A stretch of 64,000 nt of DNA, from contig CAVPJX010000001.1 in assembly GCA_963705545.1 (NCBI GenBank), positions 1,157,246 to 1,221,245 of the forward strand, given 5' to 3'. The position numbers and the translations under genes are program-made. Shown here in pieces: positions 35,401 through 46,365 of this stretch; the stretch's first letter is position 1, and each line of letters begins with the position of its first letter. This stretch comes from an uncultured Actinomycetes bacterium. GTDB taxonomy: Bacteria; Actinomycetota; UBA4738; HRBIN12. Under the pieces are notes generated by a model. That model searched no databases, was not told the origin of the DNA, and was given only the letters and a program-made list of their open reading frames with translations.

Positions 35401-38400
35401 TCAATCGAAGTCCGCCCCGGCCGGCTCCCGACGGGACAGGTCGATCCCGAGCTCCTCGGCGGCCCGGAACACGTCCTCGTCGGTCTCCCGCAGCTCGATC
35501 TCCTCGCCCGAGCTGGAACGGACCTCCACGTTCAGGCAGAGGGACTGCATCTCCTTGATCAGGACCTTGAACGACTCGGGGATCCCGGGCTCGGGGATGT
35601 TCTCGCCCTTGACGATGGCCTCGTAGACCTTCACGCGGCCGAGCACGTCGTCCGACTTGATCGTGAGCAGCTCCTGCAGGGCGTACGCGGCGCCGTAGGC
35701 CTCGAGGGCCCAGACCTCCATCTCACCGAAGCGTTGGCCCCCGAACTGCGCCTTCCCGCCCAGCGGCTGCTGGGTGATCATCGAGTACGGGCCGGTCGAC
35801 CGGGCGTGGATCTTGTCGTCGACGAGGTGGAGCAGCTTCAGGATGTACGCGACCCCGACCGTGACCGGCTCCTCGAAGGGCTGGCCCGAGCGCCCGTCGA
35901 ACAGACGGGCCTTCCCGACGTCGTCGATCAGCTTCTGACCGTCGGCGTTCGGGTGCGAGCTCCGGATCGCCTCCAGGATCTCGCCCTCGCGGGCACCGTC
36001 GAACACGGGCGTGGCCACGTGCACGGGTCCCGGGTGATCGGTCCCGTCCTTCGTGAAGCCCACCAGGGACGCGTAGCCCAGATGCGCCTCGAGGACCTGC
36101 CCCAGGTTCATCCGGGACGGGACGCCGAGCGGGTTCAGGATGATGTCGACCGGGGTTCCGTCCTCGAGGAAGGGCATGTCCTCCTCGGGCAGGATCGTCG
36201 AGATGACGCCCTTGTTCCCGTGGCGCCCCGCCAGCTTGTCGCCGTCGGAGATCTTCCGCTTCTGGGCGACGTAGACACGGACCAGCTGGTTCACGCCGGG
36301 CGGCAGCTCGTCGCCGTCGTCGCGGCTGAACACGCGGACCCCGATCACCTTGCCCTGCTCGCCGTGCGGCACCTTGAGCGAGGTATCGCGGACCTCGCGC
36401 GCCTTCTCACCGAAGATCGCGCGGAGCAACCGCTCCTCGGGCGTGAGCTCCGTCTCGCCCTTGGGCGTGACCTTCCCGACCAGGTAGTCGCCCGGGTTCA
36501 CCTCGGCGCCGATCCGGACGATGCCCCGCTCGTCGAGATCCTTCAGGATCTCCTCCGAGACGTTCGGGATGTCGCGGGTGATCTCCTCCGCGCCGAGCTT
36601 GGTGTCGCGGGCGTCGACCTCGTGCTCCTCGATGTGGATCGAGGTCAGCAGGTCGTCCTTGACCAGCCGCTCGGAGATGATGATCGCGTCCTCGTAGTTG
36701 TGGCCCTCCCACGGCATGTAGGCGACGACGAGGTTCTTCCCGAGGGCGATCTCGCCGGCCTCGGTGGAGGGACCGTCGGCGATGACCTGGCCCTTCGCCA
36801 CGCGATCACCGACGCTGACGATCGGCTTCTGGTTGATGTTCGTGCCCTGGTTCGAGCGTCGGAACTTGAGGAGCTTGTACACGCGGAGGTTGCCCGTCCG
36901 CTCCTTGATCACGATCTCGTCTGCGGACACATCCTCGACGGTCCCGGCCTCGAGCGTGATGACGACGTCCCCCGCGTCGACCGCGGCGCGGAACTCCACG
37001 CCGGTGCCGACGAGCGGCGCCTCGGAGCGCAGCAACGGCACGGCCTGTCGCTGCATGTTGGCCCCCATCAGGGCCCGGTTCGCGTCGTCGTGCTCGAGGA
37101 ACGGGATCAGCGCGGCCGCGACCGAGACGAGCTGCTTGGGCGAGACGTCCATGTAGTCGACCTCGTCCGGAAGGACGGAGTCGACCTCGCCGCCCTTGCG
37201 GCGGACCAGGACCGTGGGCTCGGTGAACTTCCCGGTCTTGTCGATCGCGGCGTTCGCCTGTGCGATGACGTGCTTGTCCTCCTCGTCCGCGGAGAGGTAG
37301 TCGATCTTGTCCGTCACCTTGCCGCCGACCACGCGGCGGTACGGGGTCTCGATGAACCCGAACTGGTTGATGCGCCCGTAGGTCGACAGCGACCCGATCA
37401 GCCCGATGTTCGGACCCTCCGGCGTCTCGATCGGGCACATCCGGCCGTAGTGCGACGGGTGGACGTCGCGGACCTCGAACCCGGCGCGCTCCCTCGACAG
37501 GCCACCCGGCCCGAGGGCGGACAGCCGCCGCTTGTGGGTCAGGCCCGCCAGGGTGTTCGTCTGGTCCATGAACTGCGAGAGCTGCGATGTCCCGAAGAAC
37601 TCCTTGATCGACGCGACGACCGGACGGATGTTGATCAGCGTCTGCGGCGTGATCGCCTCGACGTCCTGGGTCGTCATCCGCTCCTTCACCACACGCTCCA
37701 TGCGAGAGAGCCCGATCCGGATCTGGTTCTGGATCAGCTCCCCCACCGAGCGCAGCCGGCGGTTCCCGAAGTGGTCGATGTCGTCGGGGTCGTACCCCTC
37801 CTCGCCGGCGTGCAGCTTCACGAGGTACCGGACGGTCTTGATGATGTCCTCGTAGGTCAGGACGGCCTTGTACTTCGGCGCGCCCGCACCCGACTCGTCC
37901 TTCTGCATCTCGGAGAACACCCGGTAGCGGATCTGCTCCCAGGCCTTCTTGTCGGGGTTATCGAGCTCGGCGATCGTCTTGGCGTGCGCGCGGAGCTGCT
38001 TGAGCGCGTCGCCCGCCGCCGGCCCGAGCTTCTTGTCCACCTTGTGCCGTCCGACCCGCGCGAGGTCGTACCGCTTCGGGTTGAAGAAGAGGTTCTCGAG
38101 CAGGGTGCGCGCGGAGTCGGCCGTAGGCGGCTCGCCGGGACGGAGCTTCCGGTAGATGTCCTCGAGCGCCTCTTCCTGCGTCTCGACGTGATCCTTGTCC
38201 AGCGTGAGCTGGACCGACGGCGCCTGGTCGAACAGCGCCAGGATCTCGTCGGCCGTCCAACCGAGCGCCTTCAGAAGGACCGTGACGCTCTGGCGGCGCT
38301 TCCGGTCGATCCGGACGCCGACCGTGTCCTTCTTGTCGACGTCGAACTCGAGCCACGCGCCCCGGCCCGGGATGATCTTCGCGACGTAGATGTCACGATC

Positions 38401-38853
38401 GGACGTCTTGTCGGCCTCCCGGCTGAAGTAGACGCCCGGCGAACGGACGAGCTGCGAGACGACGACGCGCTCGGTCCCGTTGATGATGAAGGTGCCCCGC
38501 TCGGTCATGATCGGGAAGTCCCCCATGAAGACTTCCTGCTCCTTGATCTCGCCGGTCACCTTGTTGACGAAGGTGGCCTCGACGAAGAGCGGCTGGCTAT
38601 AGGTGATGTCCTTGTCGCGGCACTCCTCTTCGGAGGCCTTGACCTCCTTGAACTGATGGCGGCCGAAGTAGAGCTGGAACTGTTCGGTGAAGTCCTCGAT
38701 CGGCGATACCTCTTCGAGGACCTCCTTCAGCCCTTCCGACAGGAGCCAGTCGAAGGACTCCCGCTGGATGCCCACGAGGTCGGGAAGTCCCAACACCTCG
38801 TCGAGCTTGGAGAAACTGACACGATCGCGGACAGGGACGAGCTGCTCAGGCAA
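35401..38853 (-). CDS. rpoB: DNA-directed RNA polymerase subunit beta
   Basis: Conserved N-terminus ...[27 protein letters not shown]... begins at the TTG at 38853, which has a GGAGGG Shine-Dalgarno 7 nt upstream (product about 1151 aa). The 1401-aa track ORF continues upstream only because stops are rare; that extension contains the rmlC remnant, not rpoB. Confidence 0.93.
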   Translation of the reverse strand: MPEQLVPVRDRVSFSKLDEVLGLPDLVGIQRESFDWLLSEGLKEVLEEVSPIEDFTEQFQLYFGRHQFKEVKASEEECRDKDITYSQPLFVEATFVNKVTGEIKEQEVFMGDFPIMTERGTFIINGTERVVVSQLVRSPGVYFSREADKTSDRDIYVAKIIPGRGAWLEFDVDKKDTVGVRIDRKRRQSVTVLLKALGWTADEILALFDQAPSVQLTLDKDHVETQEEALEDIYRKLRPGEPPTADSARTLLENLFFNPKRYDLARVGRHKVDKKLGPAAGDALKQLRAHAKTIAELDNPDKKAWEQIRYRVFSEMQKDESGAGAPKYKAVLTYEDIIKTVRYLVKLHAGEEGYDPDDIDHFGNRRLRSVGELIQNQIRIGLSRMERVVKERMTTQDVEAITPQTLINIRPVVASIKEFFGTSQLSQFMDQTNTLAGLTHKRRLSALGPGGLSRERAGFEVRDVHPSHYGRMCPIETPEGPNIGLIGSLSTYGRINQFGFIETPYRRVVGGKVTDKIDYLSADEEDKHVIAQANAAIDKTGKFTEPTVLVRRKGGEVDSVLPDEVDYMDVSPKQLVSVAAALIPFLEHDDANRALMGANMQRQAVPLLRSEAPLVGTGVEFRAAVDAGDVVITLEAGTVEDVSADEIVIKERTGNLRVYKLLKFRRSNQGTNINQKPIVSVGDRVAKGQVIADGPSTEAGEIALGKNLVVAYMPWEGHNYEDAIIISERLVKDDLLTSIHIEEHEVDARDTKLGAEEITRDIPNVSEEILKDLDERGIVRIGAEVNPGDYLVGKVTPKGETELTPEERLLRAIFGEKAREVRDTSLKVPHGEQGKVIGVRVFSRDDGDELPPGVNQLVRVYVAQKRKISDGDKLAGRHGNKGVISTILPEEDMPFLEDGTPVDIILNPLGVPSRMNLGQVLEAHLGYASLVGFTKDGTDHPGPVHVATPVFDGAREGEILEAIRSSHPNADGQKLIDDVGKARLFDGRSGQPFEEPVTVGVAYILKLLHLVDDKIHARSTGPYSMITQQPLGGKAQFGGQRFGEMEVWALEAYGAAYALQELLTIKSDDVLGRVKVYEAIVKGENIPEPGIPESFKVLIKEMQSLCLNVEVRSSSGEEIELRETDEDVFRAAEELGIDLSRREPAGADFD

Positions 38854-39032
38854 GAACGATCCCTCCCAGGGAGACGAGCTGGCGCACAGCGAAGCGCGGC
38901 GAACGGCACGGCAAACGAGCAGTGTACGCACGGATGCAGGCACAGTCAACCGTGCCTGCCGTCGCCCCGGGCAGGGCAGGGCGGAAGGGTACGCCGTCGT
39001 CCGGCCCGGGTCAACCCAGGATCGACCGGACC

Positions 39033-39606
39033 TCAGGCGTACCCGGGCGGGTCGGCCAGGACCTCCCGCAAGGGCGGGTTCCTCCGATCCCGCTCCGACA
39101 GGACCGGGTCGGAGAGCGGCCAGTCGATCCCCAGGTCGGGATCGTCCCAGGCGACGCCCCATTCGTCGTCGCCCGCGTACTCGCGATCCACCAGGTAGAG
39201 CAGCGAGAAGGGCTCCGTCGCGGCGAACCCATGGGCCACGCCGGCCGGGATGTACAGCGTCGAAGGACGGGTGGCGTCGAGCTCCTGGGTGACCGCACGT
39301 CCGTGCGTCGGGGACCCCGCCCGGAGGTCGAACAAGCGCGGCCGTGGCCCTGCCGGCGACGGGTACCCACAGGTCCGACTGCCGCCGGTGGAAGTGCAGG
39401 CCGCGCACCACCCCCGCCGCCGACGTCGAGAGGTTCGCCTGGACCATCGCGGGAACGCCGGCCAGCACGCTCCGGCGGTAGAGCTCAGCGAACGACCCTC
39501 GAAGGTCGCCATGGACCTCCAGGGGCCCGAACGCCGCCCCGGCGATCGCGGCCCGGTCCACGGGATCGGTCAGGATGCGTCGGCCCCGGAGGGGGCTCCG
39601 ACCCAC
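39033..39606 (-). pseudogene. rmlC: dTDP-4-dehydrorhamnose 3,5-epimerase (RmlC-like cupin), frame-disrupted
   Basis: The RmlC N-terminal half (...[16 protein letters not shown]...[19 protein letters not shown]...LWVPVAGRA) is in one frame from the GTG at 39606. The C-terminal half (...[36 protein letters not shown]...[26 protein letters not shown]...*, stop at 39033) is in the +1 frame (track ORF 39033..39512). The junction lacks about 4 residues compared with the family consensus FDVAVDLRRGSPTFG. Confidence 0.6.
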
Positions 39607-39998
39607 GCGATGGGCTCGGCGTCGACGATGGACGGCTCGTCCGCCGGACCGGCGACCGACTCGATGCCACCGAGGGCCTCGACCATGTCGGCGACCGCGT
39701 GCGCCAAACGCACCCCCTGCTCGGACGAGGAGACGCGGACCCCGCGCTGATCGAGCACCGCGAAGAACTCGTCCAGGACCACGCGACGATCCCCGAGCAA
39801 CGATGCCTCCGACACGTTCAGTGCTTGGGCGAGCTTGGCCAGGGTCTGGATCGACGGCTCGACGTGACCGTTCTCGTACCGGGACAGCCGGGCCTTCGGG
39901 ATCCCCGACAGATCCTCCAATTCCGACTGGCTGAGACCGGCGCCGACCCGAGCCGCACGCAGGCGATGGCCGAGATGACCGCCGTCGTCAGCGCGCAT
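39570..39998 (-). CDS. XRE-family (Cro/C1-type HTH) transcriptional regulator
   Basis: 142 aa from the ATG at 39998: [69 protein letters not shown]... (HTH_3), plus about 70 aa C-terminal domain. Its 3' end overlaps the rmlC-remnant start by about 37 nt. Confidence 0.75.
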   Translation of the reverse strand: MRADDGGHLGHRLRAARVGAGLSQSELEDLSGIPKARLSRYENGHVEPSIQTLAKLAQALNVSEASLLGDRRVVLDEFFAVLDQRGVRVSSSEQGVRLAHAVADMVEALGGIESVAGPADEPSIVDAEPIAWVGAPSGADAS

Positions 39999-40137
39999 GG
40001 GGACCCGTCTCCTGCTCAGGTGACCGACCGAACCGGCGAACGATAGCACGGGCTCCGACGCACCCGGTACCCGAGGGATCGAACCGGGGCGGGGCCATCG
40101 GCCCCGCCCCGGAAGGACTTGCATCCCAGTCGATCTG

Positions 40138-40536
40138 CTACTTGATCTCGACCGACGCTCCCGCGGCCTCGAGGGCCTCCTTGGCCTTGTCAGCGGCCTC
40201 CTTGTTCACGCGCTCCAGCACGGGCTTGGGCGCACCGTCGACCAGGTCCTTGGCCTCCTTCAGACCGAGGCTCGTCAACGCGCGAACCTCCTTGATGACC
40301 TGGATCTTCTTGTCGCCGGCGCTCGCGAGGATGACGTCGAACTCCGTCTGCTCCTCCTCCGCTTCGCCGCCGGCGCCGGCGGCTCCGCCTGGGGCGGCCA
40401 TCATCACCGGAGCGGCCGCGGCCGCCTGCACGTCGAAGGCCTCCTCGAACGCCTTGATGAACTCCGAGAGTTCCAGCAGCGTCATGTCCTTGAACTGCTC
40501 GAGCAGGTCGTCGGTGCCGAGCTTCGCCATCGTCAT
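40138..40536 (-). CDS. rplL: 50S ribosomal protein L7/L12
   Basis: 132 aa: [36 protein letters not shown]...[40 protein letters not shown]. Confidence 0.95.
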   Translation of the reverse strand: MTMAKLGTDDLLEQFKDMTLLELSEFIKAFEEAFDVQAAAAAPVMMAAPGGAAGAGGEAEEEQTEFDVILASAGDKKIQVIKEVRALTSLGLKEAKDLVDGAPKPVLERVNKEAADKAKEALEAAGASVEIK

Positions 40537-41255
40537 CCCTTCCCTTCTCCGTCGTCTGGGTCGGCTTCCGCGACCTCGGGTTCGTCGTCGGCGGCCGCAT
40601 CGATCACCGGCGTCGCCGTGGCTTCATCCGCGCCCTCGTCCGTGGCTCGATCGGTCGGCTCCGGCGGAGCGTCGGCGGCCTCGTCGGACACCACGGCCTC
40701 CGCCGTTCCGTCCGCAGGTGACGCCTCGGCCTCGGGATCGGCGGGCACCTTCTCCTTGAAGGCCTCCAGGAGCGAGAGGAACCGTGCCGGCGCGGCAGCG
40801 AACATGGCCGCGGCACGCGTCATCTCACCCTTCAGCAGGCCGGCGATCTTCGACAGCATGACCTCGCGCGACTCGAGTTCCGCGAGCGCCTTCGCCTCGA
40901 CGGCCGACAGGACTTTGCCGTCGAGATAGCCGCCCTTCAGGACGAGGGCCGGGAACCGCTTGGCGGCGTCCACGACCTTCTTCGCGGCGGCGACCGGGTC
41001 GCCGGCCACGAACGCGACCGCCGACGGACCCTCCAGGAACGACTCGAGCTCCGCGGCCCCGGCGTCGGTCACCGCGCGGCGCATCAGCGTGTTCTTCACC
41101 ACCGCGAAGGTGGCGCCACCCTCAGCGAGGGATCGGCGCAGTTCGGTGATGTCCGAGACCGTGAGGCCGCGGTACTCGGTGAGCAGCAGCGCCTGGGAGC
41201 CCTCGATCCGCTCCTTCAGCTCACTGACCCGCTCGATCTTCTCCGTCTTCGGCAT
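40533..41255 (-). CDS. rplJ: 50S ribosomal protein L10 with acidic C-terminal extension
   Basis: 240 aa: [41 protein letters not shown].... The normal L10 of about 175 aa is followed by roughly 65 residues of D/E/A-rich tail (...[66 protein letters not shown]). Confidence 0.92.
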   Translation of the reverse strand: MPKTEKIERVSELKERIEGSQALLLTEYRGLTVSDITELRRSLAEGGATFAVVKNTLMRRAVTDAGAAELESFLEGPSAVAFVAGDPVAAAKKVVDAAKRFPALVLKGGYLDGKVLSAVEAKALAELESREVMLSKIAGLLKGEMTRAAAMFAAAPARFLSLLEAFKEKVPADPEAEASPADGTAEAVVSDEAADAPPEPTDRATDEGADEATATPVIDAAADDEPEVAEADPDDGEGKG

Positions 41256-41404
41256 CGCGCCTCCTCACGAATGAACGCGTCCCCGCAGACAGCGGGAACG
41301 CGCTCCGGCGCGGTCCTCGATCGGCCTCGGCAGGTACCCCGTGGGATGGTCGTGCTTCCGTGGGGATTACGCGTGACGCCCCTGCGGTCTGCGGCTCGAC
41401 GAGG
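41256..41404 (-). promoter_or_regulatory. rplJ-rplL leader region (expected L10(L12)4 autoregulatory mRNA leader)
   Basis: 149-bp untranslated gap upstream of rplJ. By analogy with other bacteria this is the L10 leader. Not validated structurally here. Confidence 0.3.
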
Positions 41405-43582
41405 TTACCGGCCGACGTCGGGCCCCGACAAGCGGAGTTCGGTTCCGGGGAGCGCGTCGGAAGACGGCTCCTCGGTCCGCATCCGACGATCGAGCAGCAC
41501 GAGGAGGCTCACCGCGATCGCCCCGATCGCGAACCAGAGCGCGTACGCCCAGGGGGAGATCGGCCGGTAGGTGAAGGACACGCGGTGGTCACCGGGGGGC
41601 ACCGGAACGCCGACGAGCGCCGGTGCCAGCATCTGGACGGGAACCGGCCGTCCGTCGACCGTCGCGGCCCATCGGGGGTCGAAAGACGCGGACAAGGCGA
41701 CGACCGCGGGGCGGAACGCCCGGATCCTGCCCGCGAAGGACCCGTCACTCGGGTGAGCGTCTGCGTCCAGCACCTCGCCCGCCGGACCAGCCGGGTCCTC
41801 GTCCTCGGCGAGCGTCGGCTCGGCGGCCGGGCGCCCACCGAACGCGACGGTCGGATACCGACCGCGATCCGGCAGGTCCGACCGGAGGAAGCCCGAGGTC
41901 GCGGTCGTGAGATCGTCCCTGGTCGCCTCGATCGGCGCCGTGGTGTCGACGACCCGGAAGGGGCCGACCCCGGACACCTCCCACAGGCCGAAGGGCCCAT
42001 CGGTGGCCAGCAGCGTCGCCGGAACGGCGGGCACGCGCTCCCGGGGCGCGATCACGTAGCGCGCGCCGAACAACGCGTGGTGCCCGGCACGGCCCGGATC
42101 GAACCGCGCCTCCGCGCCGGACATCAGCGACCACGTCGGACGCGTGAAGCCCAGGCCGTCGGCCTCTGTCCGCAGCAGCCACAGGTACGCCGGCACCTGA
42201 CCGATCCGGAAGATCGATCCGCCCCGCGAGCGGAGTCCGGCGAACACCCGACCGGGCCCGGTCGTGGTCGCCCGCTCGACGAGCCGCGCGAACGCCGCGC
42301 CGTCGCTCGCATCGGCCGCTCGCTGTTCACCGATCCAGCGTGCGCCGGTCCGCTCGAACCCGGCGCGCTCGAAGACCGCCGGGGCGAGTGCGATCGCCAG
42401 GACCGTGGCGAGGACGGCCACCACGACCCCGGGCCGGAACGCGGGAAGCCGGCCCTGGAGCCGGTCGCGGATCCCCCGCGCGGCCCAGGTCGCCCCGGGT
42501 CCGGCCAGCAGGACCCCCGCGAGATGGACGCCGACCAGGTAGCGACGCAGGAACAGGTCCTCCGCGCCCGGAAGGAGGTCGATCGCCCATCCGAGGGTGG
42601 GACGTCCGAAGAAGAGCAGGAGGCTGAGGGCGCCGACGCCCACCAGGGCACGGCCCGCCTCGTCCCGCCGCCAGCGCACGATCGCCGCGACGACTCCAAG
42701 CAGCGCGAGGAGGCTGATCGTGCCGACCCAGCGGTGCGCATCGAACAGCTGGCCACGCCCGAGCCAGGACAGGATCTTGCCCGCTCCGAACGAGTCGTAG
42801 TAGAAGGTCCCGGTCGAGGCCTCGTCGTGGATCGTCCAACCCGCGTCCGTCACCAGCGGGATCAGCATCCAGGCGGCGACGGCGAGGCTCCCGACGCCGA
42901 CGAGCGCGGCCCGCAGGAGCCGCCTGCCGAAGCCCGAGGGCACGATCAGGACCCAGACGCCGAGGGAGAGCAGGGCGAGGTACCCGATGAGCAGGTGGAA
43001 GCAGATCGTCAGCCCGATCGCGACCGCCGCCGGAGCCAGGCCGCCGCGACGCGAGACGGCCCGCCAGCCGAGCGCCCAGGCGAACGGCAACGCCCACATC
43101 CCCCACAGCTGCGCCCAGACGCCGGATCCCCGCCAGACGTAGCTCCCCCACTCGAACCCGAGCCCGGCCGCGCTCGATACGAGCGGCGCGACCGCCGCCG
43201 CGATGGCCGACGCCCACCGATCCATCCCGAACAGACGGGAGCCGAGGTACACGGCGATCGGCCAGGCCGCCAGCAAGAGGTAGAGCGACCAGCGGAACGT
43301 GGCAGGACCGAAGAGCACCGTGAGCCCTCCGGTCACGATGTGCGGCAGGCTCTGGTAGTGGTGGAAGCGCGACGCTCCGAGCGAGAGGGAGGGGTACCAC
43401 CCGTCGAGCGGCAGATGGCCCTCGCGGAAGCGATCGGCGGCCCAGCGGACCATCGAATCGTGGATCGCCGCGTCGTTGGGGTAGGCGACGTCGATGATCT
43501 CGGACCGGAGGGTCCACAGGCCGAAGCCGACCGCGATCGCGACGAGCGCGAGAGGCGCGAGGTTCGCTCGCGCCTCTCGCAT
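41405..43582 (-). CDS. large polytopic membrane protein, GT-C / YfhO-like putative glycosyltransferase
   Basis: 725 aa with about 12 predicted TM helices in the first roughly 430 aa, then an extracytoplasmic domain and a final TM helix (...VGVPVPPGDHRVSFTYRPISPWAYALWFAIGAIAVSLLVLL...). The architecture is typical of YfhO/GT-C lipid-linked glycosyltransferases. Wedged between rplA and rplJ. Confidence 0.5.
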   Translation of the reverse strand: MREARANLAPLALVAIAVGFGLWTLRSEIIDVAYPNDAAIHDSMVRWAADRFREGHLPLDGWYPSLSLGASRFHHYQSLPHIVTGGLTVLFGPATFRWSLYLLLAAWPIAVYLGSRLFGMDRWASAIAAAVAPLVSSAAGLGFEWGSYVWRGSGVWAQLWGMWALPFAWALGWRAVSRRGGLAPAAVAIGLTICFHLLIGYLALLSLGVWVLIVPSGFGRRLLRAALVGVGSLAVAAWMLIPLVTDAGWTIHDEASTGTFYYDSFGAGKILSWLGRGQLFDAHRWVGTISLLALLGVVAAIVRWRRDEAGRALVGVGALSLLLFFGRPTLGWAIDLLPGAEDLFLRRYLVGVHLAGVLLAGPGATWAARGIRDRLQGRLPAFRPGVVVAVLATVLAIALAPAVFERAGFERTGARWIGEQRAADASDGAAFARLVERATTTGPGRVFAGLRSRGGSIFRIGQVPAYLWLLRTEADGLGFTRPTWSLMSGAEARFDPGRAGHHALFGARYVIAPRERVPAVPATLLATDGPFGLWEVSGVGPFRVVDTTAPIEATRDDLTTATSGFLRSDLPDRGRYPTVAFGGRPAAEPTLAEDEDPAGPAGEVLDADAHPSDGSFAGRIRAFRPAVVALSASFDPRWAATVDGRPVPVQMLAPALVGVPVPPGDHRVSFTYRPISPWAYALWFAIGAIAVSLLVLLDRRMRTEEPSSDALPGTELRLSGPDVGR

Positions 43583-43596
43583 CGTCGGGAACGGGC

Positions 43597-44316
43597 TTAT
43601 TCGACCGTGCCGGACTCGATGCCCTTCGGATGCACGGGATCGATCCGAACGCTCGGCCCCATCGTGGTCGAGATCGCGAGGCTCTTGATGTACCGCCCCT
43701 TCGCCGCGGACGGCTTGGACCGAAGGACCTCATCGACGACGGTGAGGTAGTTCTCCCGGAGCGCGTGCTCTTCGAACGACTTCTTGCCGATCACGCAGTG
43801 GACGTTGCCTGTGCGGTCGGCCCGGTACTCGACCTTGCCGCCCTTGATGTCTGCGACGGCCTTCGCGATGTCGTTCGTGACGGTTCCCGTCTTCGGGTTC
43901 GGCATCAGCCCGCGTGGCCCGAGGACCCGACCGGCCTTCCCGACGGCGGCCATCAGGTCGGGCGTCGCGACCGCTGCGTCGAAGTCGATGTTCCCCTTGA
44001 CGACCTCCTCGACGAGCTCCTCGCCCCCGACGACGTCGGCACCGGCCTCCTCGGCCTCCTTGGCCTTCTCGCCCACCGCGAAGACCCCCACCCGCACGGA
44101 TCGCCCGGTGCCGTTCGGCAGCGACACCGTTCCGCGCACGAGCTGGTCGGCCTTCCGCGTGTCGATGCCGAGCCGGAACGCGACCTCCACGGTCTCGTCG
44201 AACCGAGCGTCCGGGAAGGACTTCAGCACCGTGAACGCCTCCGTCGGCTGGTACTCCCGCTCCTCATCCACCAACGCAGCGGCCGCTCGATAGCGCTTGC
44301 CCTGCTTCGTGCTCAC
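43597..44316 (-). CDS. rplA: 50S ribosomal protein L1
   Basis: GTG start at 44316 (GGAGGTGG Shine-Dalgarno 4 nt upstream; GTGA overlap with the rplK stop): [76 protein letters not shown].... The track ORF extends artefactually to 44751. Confidence 0.9.
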   Translation of the reverse strand: MSTKQGKRYRAAAALVDEEREYQPTEAFTVLKSFPDARFDETVEVAFRLGIDTRKADQLVRGTVSLPNGTGRSVRVGVFAVGEKAKEAEEAGADVVGGEELVEEVVKGNIDFDAAVATPDLMAAVGKAGRVLGPRGLMPNPKTGTVTNDIAKAVADIKGGKVEYRADRTGNVHCVIGKKSFEEHALRENYLTVVDEVLRSKPSAAKGRYIKSLAISTTMGPSVRIDPVHPKGIESGTVE

Positions 44317-44741
44317 GCGTCCACCTCCACGCCCATGCTCCGCGCGGTGCCGGCGATGATCGCCATCGCGGCTTCCACGTCGTTCGCGTTGAGGTCGGCC
44401 ATCTTCTGCTCGGCGATCGTGCGCACCTGGGCCTGCGAGAGCTTCGCGACCTTCTCGCGGTTCGGGACCCCCGAACCCTTCTCGATCCCCGCGGCCTGCT
44501 TGATCAGCTCGGCGGCGGGCGGCTGCTTCGTGACGAACGAGAACGAGCGGTCCTCGTAGATCGTCAGCTCGACCGGGATCACCTGGCCGGCGAACGGCTG
44601 CGTGGCGTCGTTGTACTGCCGGCAGAAGTCCATGATGTTGACGCCGTGCTGCCCCAGGGCCGTGCCGACGGGCGGCGCGGGCGTGGCCTGACCGGCCTTG
44701 ATCTGGAGCTTGACGACGGCGAGCACCTTCTTCTTCGCCAT
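44313..44741 (-). CDS. rplK: 50S ribosomal protein L11
   Basis: 142 aa: [47 protein letters not shown]... Confidence 0.95.
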   Translation of the reverse strand: MAKKKVLAVVKLQIKAGQATPAPPVGTALGQHGVNIMDFCRQYNDATQPFAGQVIPVELTIYEDRSFSFVTKQPPAAELIKQAAGIEKGSGVPNREKVAKLSQAQVRTIAEQKMADLNANDVEAAMAIIAGTARSMGVEVDA

Positions 44742-44821
44742 CTCGCTTCACCTCCTGCGGTCCGTGCGGCCGCCCGGTGGGCGGCCTCCCGCATCCTCGG
44801 TTGTCGGGCTCCTGTGGAGCC

Positions 44822-45958
44822 TCAGACCTTCGACACCTGGTCGAAGCCCAGCTCGACCGGGGTCTCCCGGTCGAAGATGTTGACGAGCACCTTCAGCTTG
44901 CTCTGGTCGACGTTGATCTCGCTGATCGTGCCGTTGAAGTCGGCGAAGGGTCCGGACGTGATCTGGACCACGTCGCCCTCCTCGAACCCCAGCCGGAACT
45001 GTGGCTTCACCTCTTCCTTCTTCACCGCGAGGATCTTCTCGACCTCGCGTCGCGAGAGCGGCGTGGGCTTCGAGCCGGTCCCCGCAGACACGAACCCGGT
45101 CACACCCGGCGTGTTGCGCACGACGTACCAGGAGTCGTTGTCGTACACCATCTTCACCAGGAGGTACCCGGGGAACACCTTCTTCTGGACGACCTGGCGC
45201 TTGCCGCTCTTGATCTCCATGACGTCTTCCATCGGGATGTGGACGTCGAAGATCTTGCCCTCCATCTGCATCGTGTGGATCCGCGACTCGAGGTTCGTCT
45301 TGACCTTGTTCTCGTAGCCGGCGTAGGTGTGGACGACGTACCAGTCCCCGGGCCCCCGGAACGGGTCGTCGGACGACGATCCGACCTCCTCTACCGTGGC
45401 GGGCTCCCGTTCCGTCGCGGGTACCGGGTCGGCTCCGCGAGCGGCGACCGACCCGTTCCGCGAGGGTGTCGCATCGGTGGGCGCCTCCTCGGCCTCCGCC
45501 TCCTCGAGCGCGGCGCCGTCCTGGATCAACTCCTCGCCGATCTGGTCGGCGGTGAGCTCCATCTCGACGGCCTCGATCGTGGCCTCCGCGAGCGTCTCCT
45601 CGACGGCCGCCTCGCCGAGCTCCTCGATCGCCTCGGCTTCCTCGATCGCTTGGACGATCGCGTCCTCGGCAGCCGACTCGTCGCCGTCGTCCAGGGAGCG
45701 GATGGCCTCGGCTACGCCGTCCTCGAGGATCGCGTCGGCCTCTGCGTCGGCCGCCTCCGCGATCGCCTCGGCCTCCACCGCGGCCTCGGCGAGCACCTCG
45801 GAGGCGGCGGCGTCGGCTAGATCGTGGACGTCCGCGGCGGCCTCGAGGGCATCGAGCAAGGGGGTCTCCTCCTCGGCGAGGGCGTCGGCGGCGGCCGGCT
45901 CCGCCTCGCTCGCGTCGGAAGGCTCGTTGGGATCGGGGATCGCGGGATCGTAGGTCAC
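44822..45958 (-). CDS. nusG: transcription termination/antitermination factor NusG with ~200-aa acidic N-terminal extension
   Basis: Canonical NGN and KOW domains (...[23 protein letters not shown]...[44 protein letters not shown]...) at the C-terminal end. They are preceded by roughly 200 residues of Ala/Glu/Asp-rich low complexity. GTG start at 45958, 14 nt after the secE stop, with AAGGA 6 nt upstream (378 aa total). Confidence 0.85.
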   Translation of the reverse strand: MTYDPAIPDPNEPSDASEAEPAAADALAEEETPLLDALEAAADVHDLADAAASEVLAEAAVEAEAIAEAADAEADAILEDGVAEAIRSLDDGDESAAEDAIVQAIEEAEAIEELGEAAVEETLAEATIEAVEMELTADQIGEELIQDGAALEEAEAEEAPTDATPSRNGSVAARGADPVPATEREPATVEEVGSSSDDPFRGPGDWYVVHTYAGYENKVKTNLESRIHTMQMEGKIFDVHIPMEDVMEIKSGKRQVVQKKVFPGYLLVKMVYDNDSWYVVRNTPGVTGFVSAGTGSKPTPLSRREVEKILAVKKEEVKPQFRLGFEEGDVVQITSGPFADFNGTISEINVDQSKLKVLVNIFDRETPVELGFDQVSKV

Positions 45959-45972
45959 GGGGGTCCTTCGGG

Positions 45973-46278
45973 TCAGGTCAGGATGTTGACGATGAGCTTC
46001 GAGAATCCGAGGTCCAGGGCGAAGACGAAGGCGGTCATCACGACGACCGTCACGAGCACCACGAGCGTGTAGGACGCGAGCTGGCGCCGCGACGGCCAAT
46101 CCACCTTGTTCAGCTCCTGGCGGACCTGTCGCAGGAACTCGCGGGCGGGGGTCCGCTTGCGCTTCTCCTGCGTGGCCGCGCGGCGGGTGGTGGCGGCCGG
46201 CGTCGCCTGCCGGTCCACGCCGGAACGCTTGCTCTGGCGCTCCTGGCGCTCCTGCGCCCGCTTCATCTGCCTGTTCAT
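45973..46278 (-). CDS. secE: preprotein translocase subunit SecE
   Basis: Starts at the ATG at 46278 (or 46266): [15 protein letters not shown]...[56 protein letters not shown] (single C-terminal TM helix). The track ORF extends upstream across tRNA-Trp. Confidence 0.8.
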   Translation of the reverse strand: MNRQMKRAQERQERQSKRSGVDRQATPAATTRRAATQEKRKRTPAREFLRQVRQELNKVDWPSRRQLASYTLVVLVTVVVMTAFVFALDLGFSKLIVNILT

Positions 46279-46291
46279 GGGTGCTCCCTTG

Positions 46292-46365
46292 CAGGGGCGG
46301 AGGGACTTGAACCCCCAACCGCCGGTTTTGGAGACCGGTGCTCTACCAAGTTGAGCTACGCCCCT
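46292..46365 (-). tRNA. tRNA-Trp (anticodon CCA)
   Basis: Reverse complement is AGGGGCGTAGCTCAACTTGGTAGAGCACCGGTCTCCAAAACCGGCGGTTGGGGGTTCAAGTCCCTCCGCCCCTG: 7-bp acceptor stem, D-arm GCTC/GAGC, anticodon loop CUCCAAA, T-arm GGTTCAAGTCC. Canonical position upstream of secE. Confidence 0.9.

Noticed and set aside
41360-43750. 796-aa plus ORF and nested minus ORFs (41509..42000, 42124..42756, 42327..43733)
   Set aside because: Shadows of the 725-aa GT-C/YfhO-like membrane protein gene (41405..43582). Arg/Pro/Gly-rich composition.
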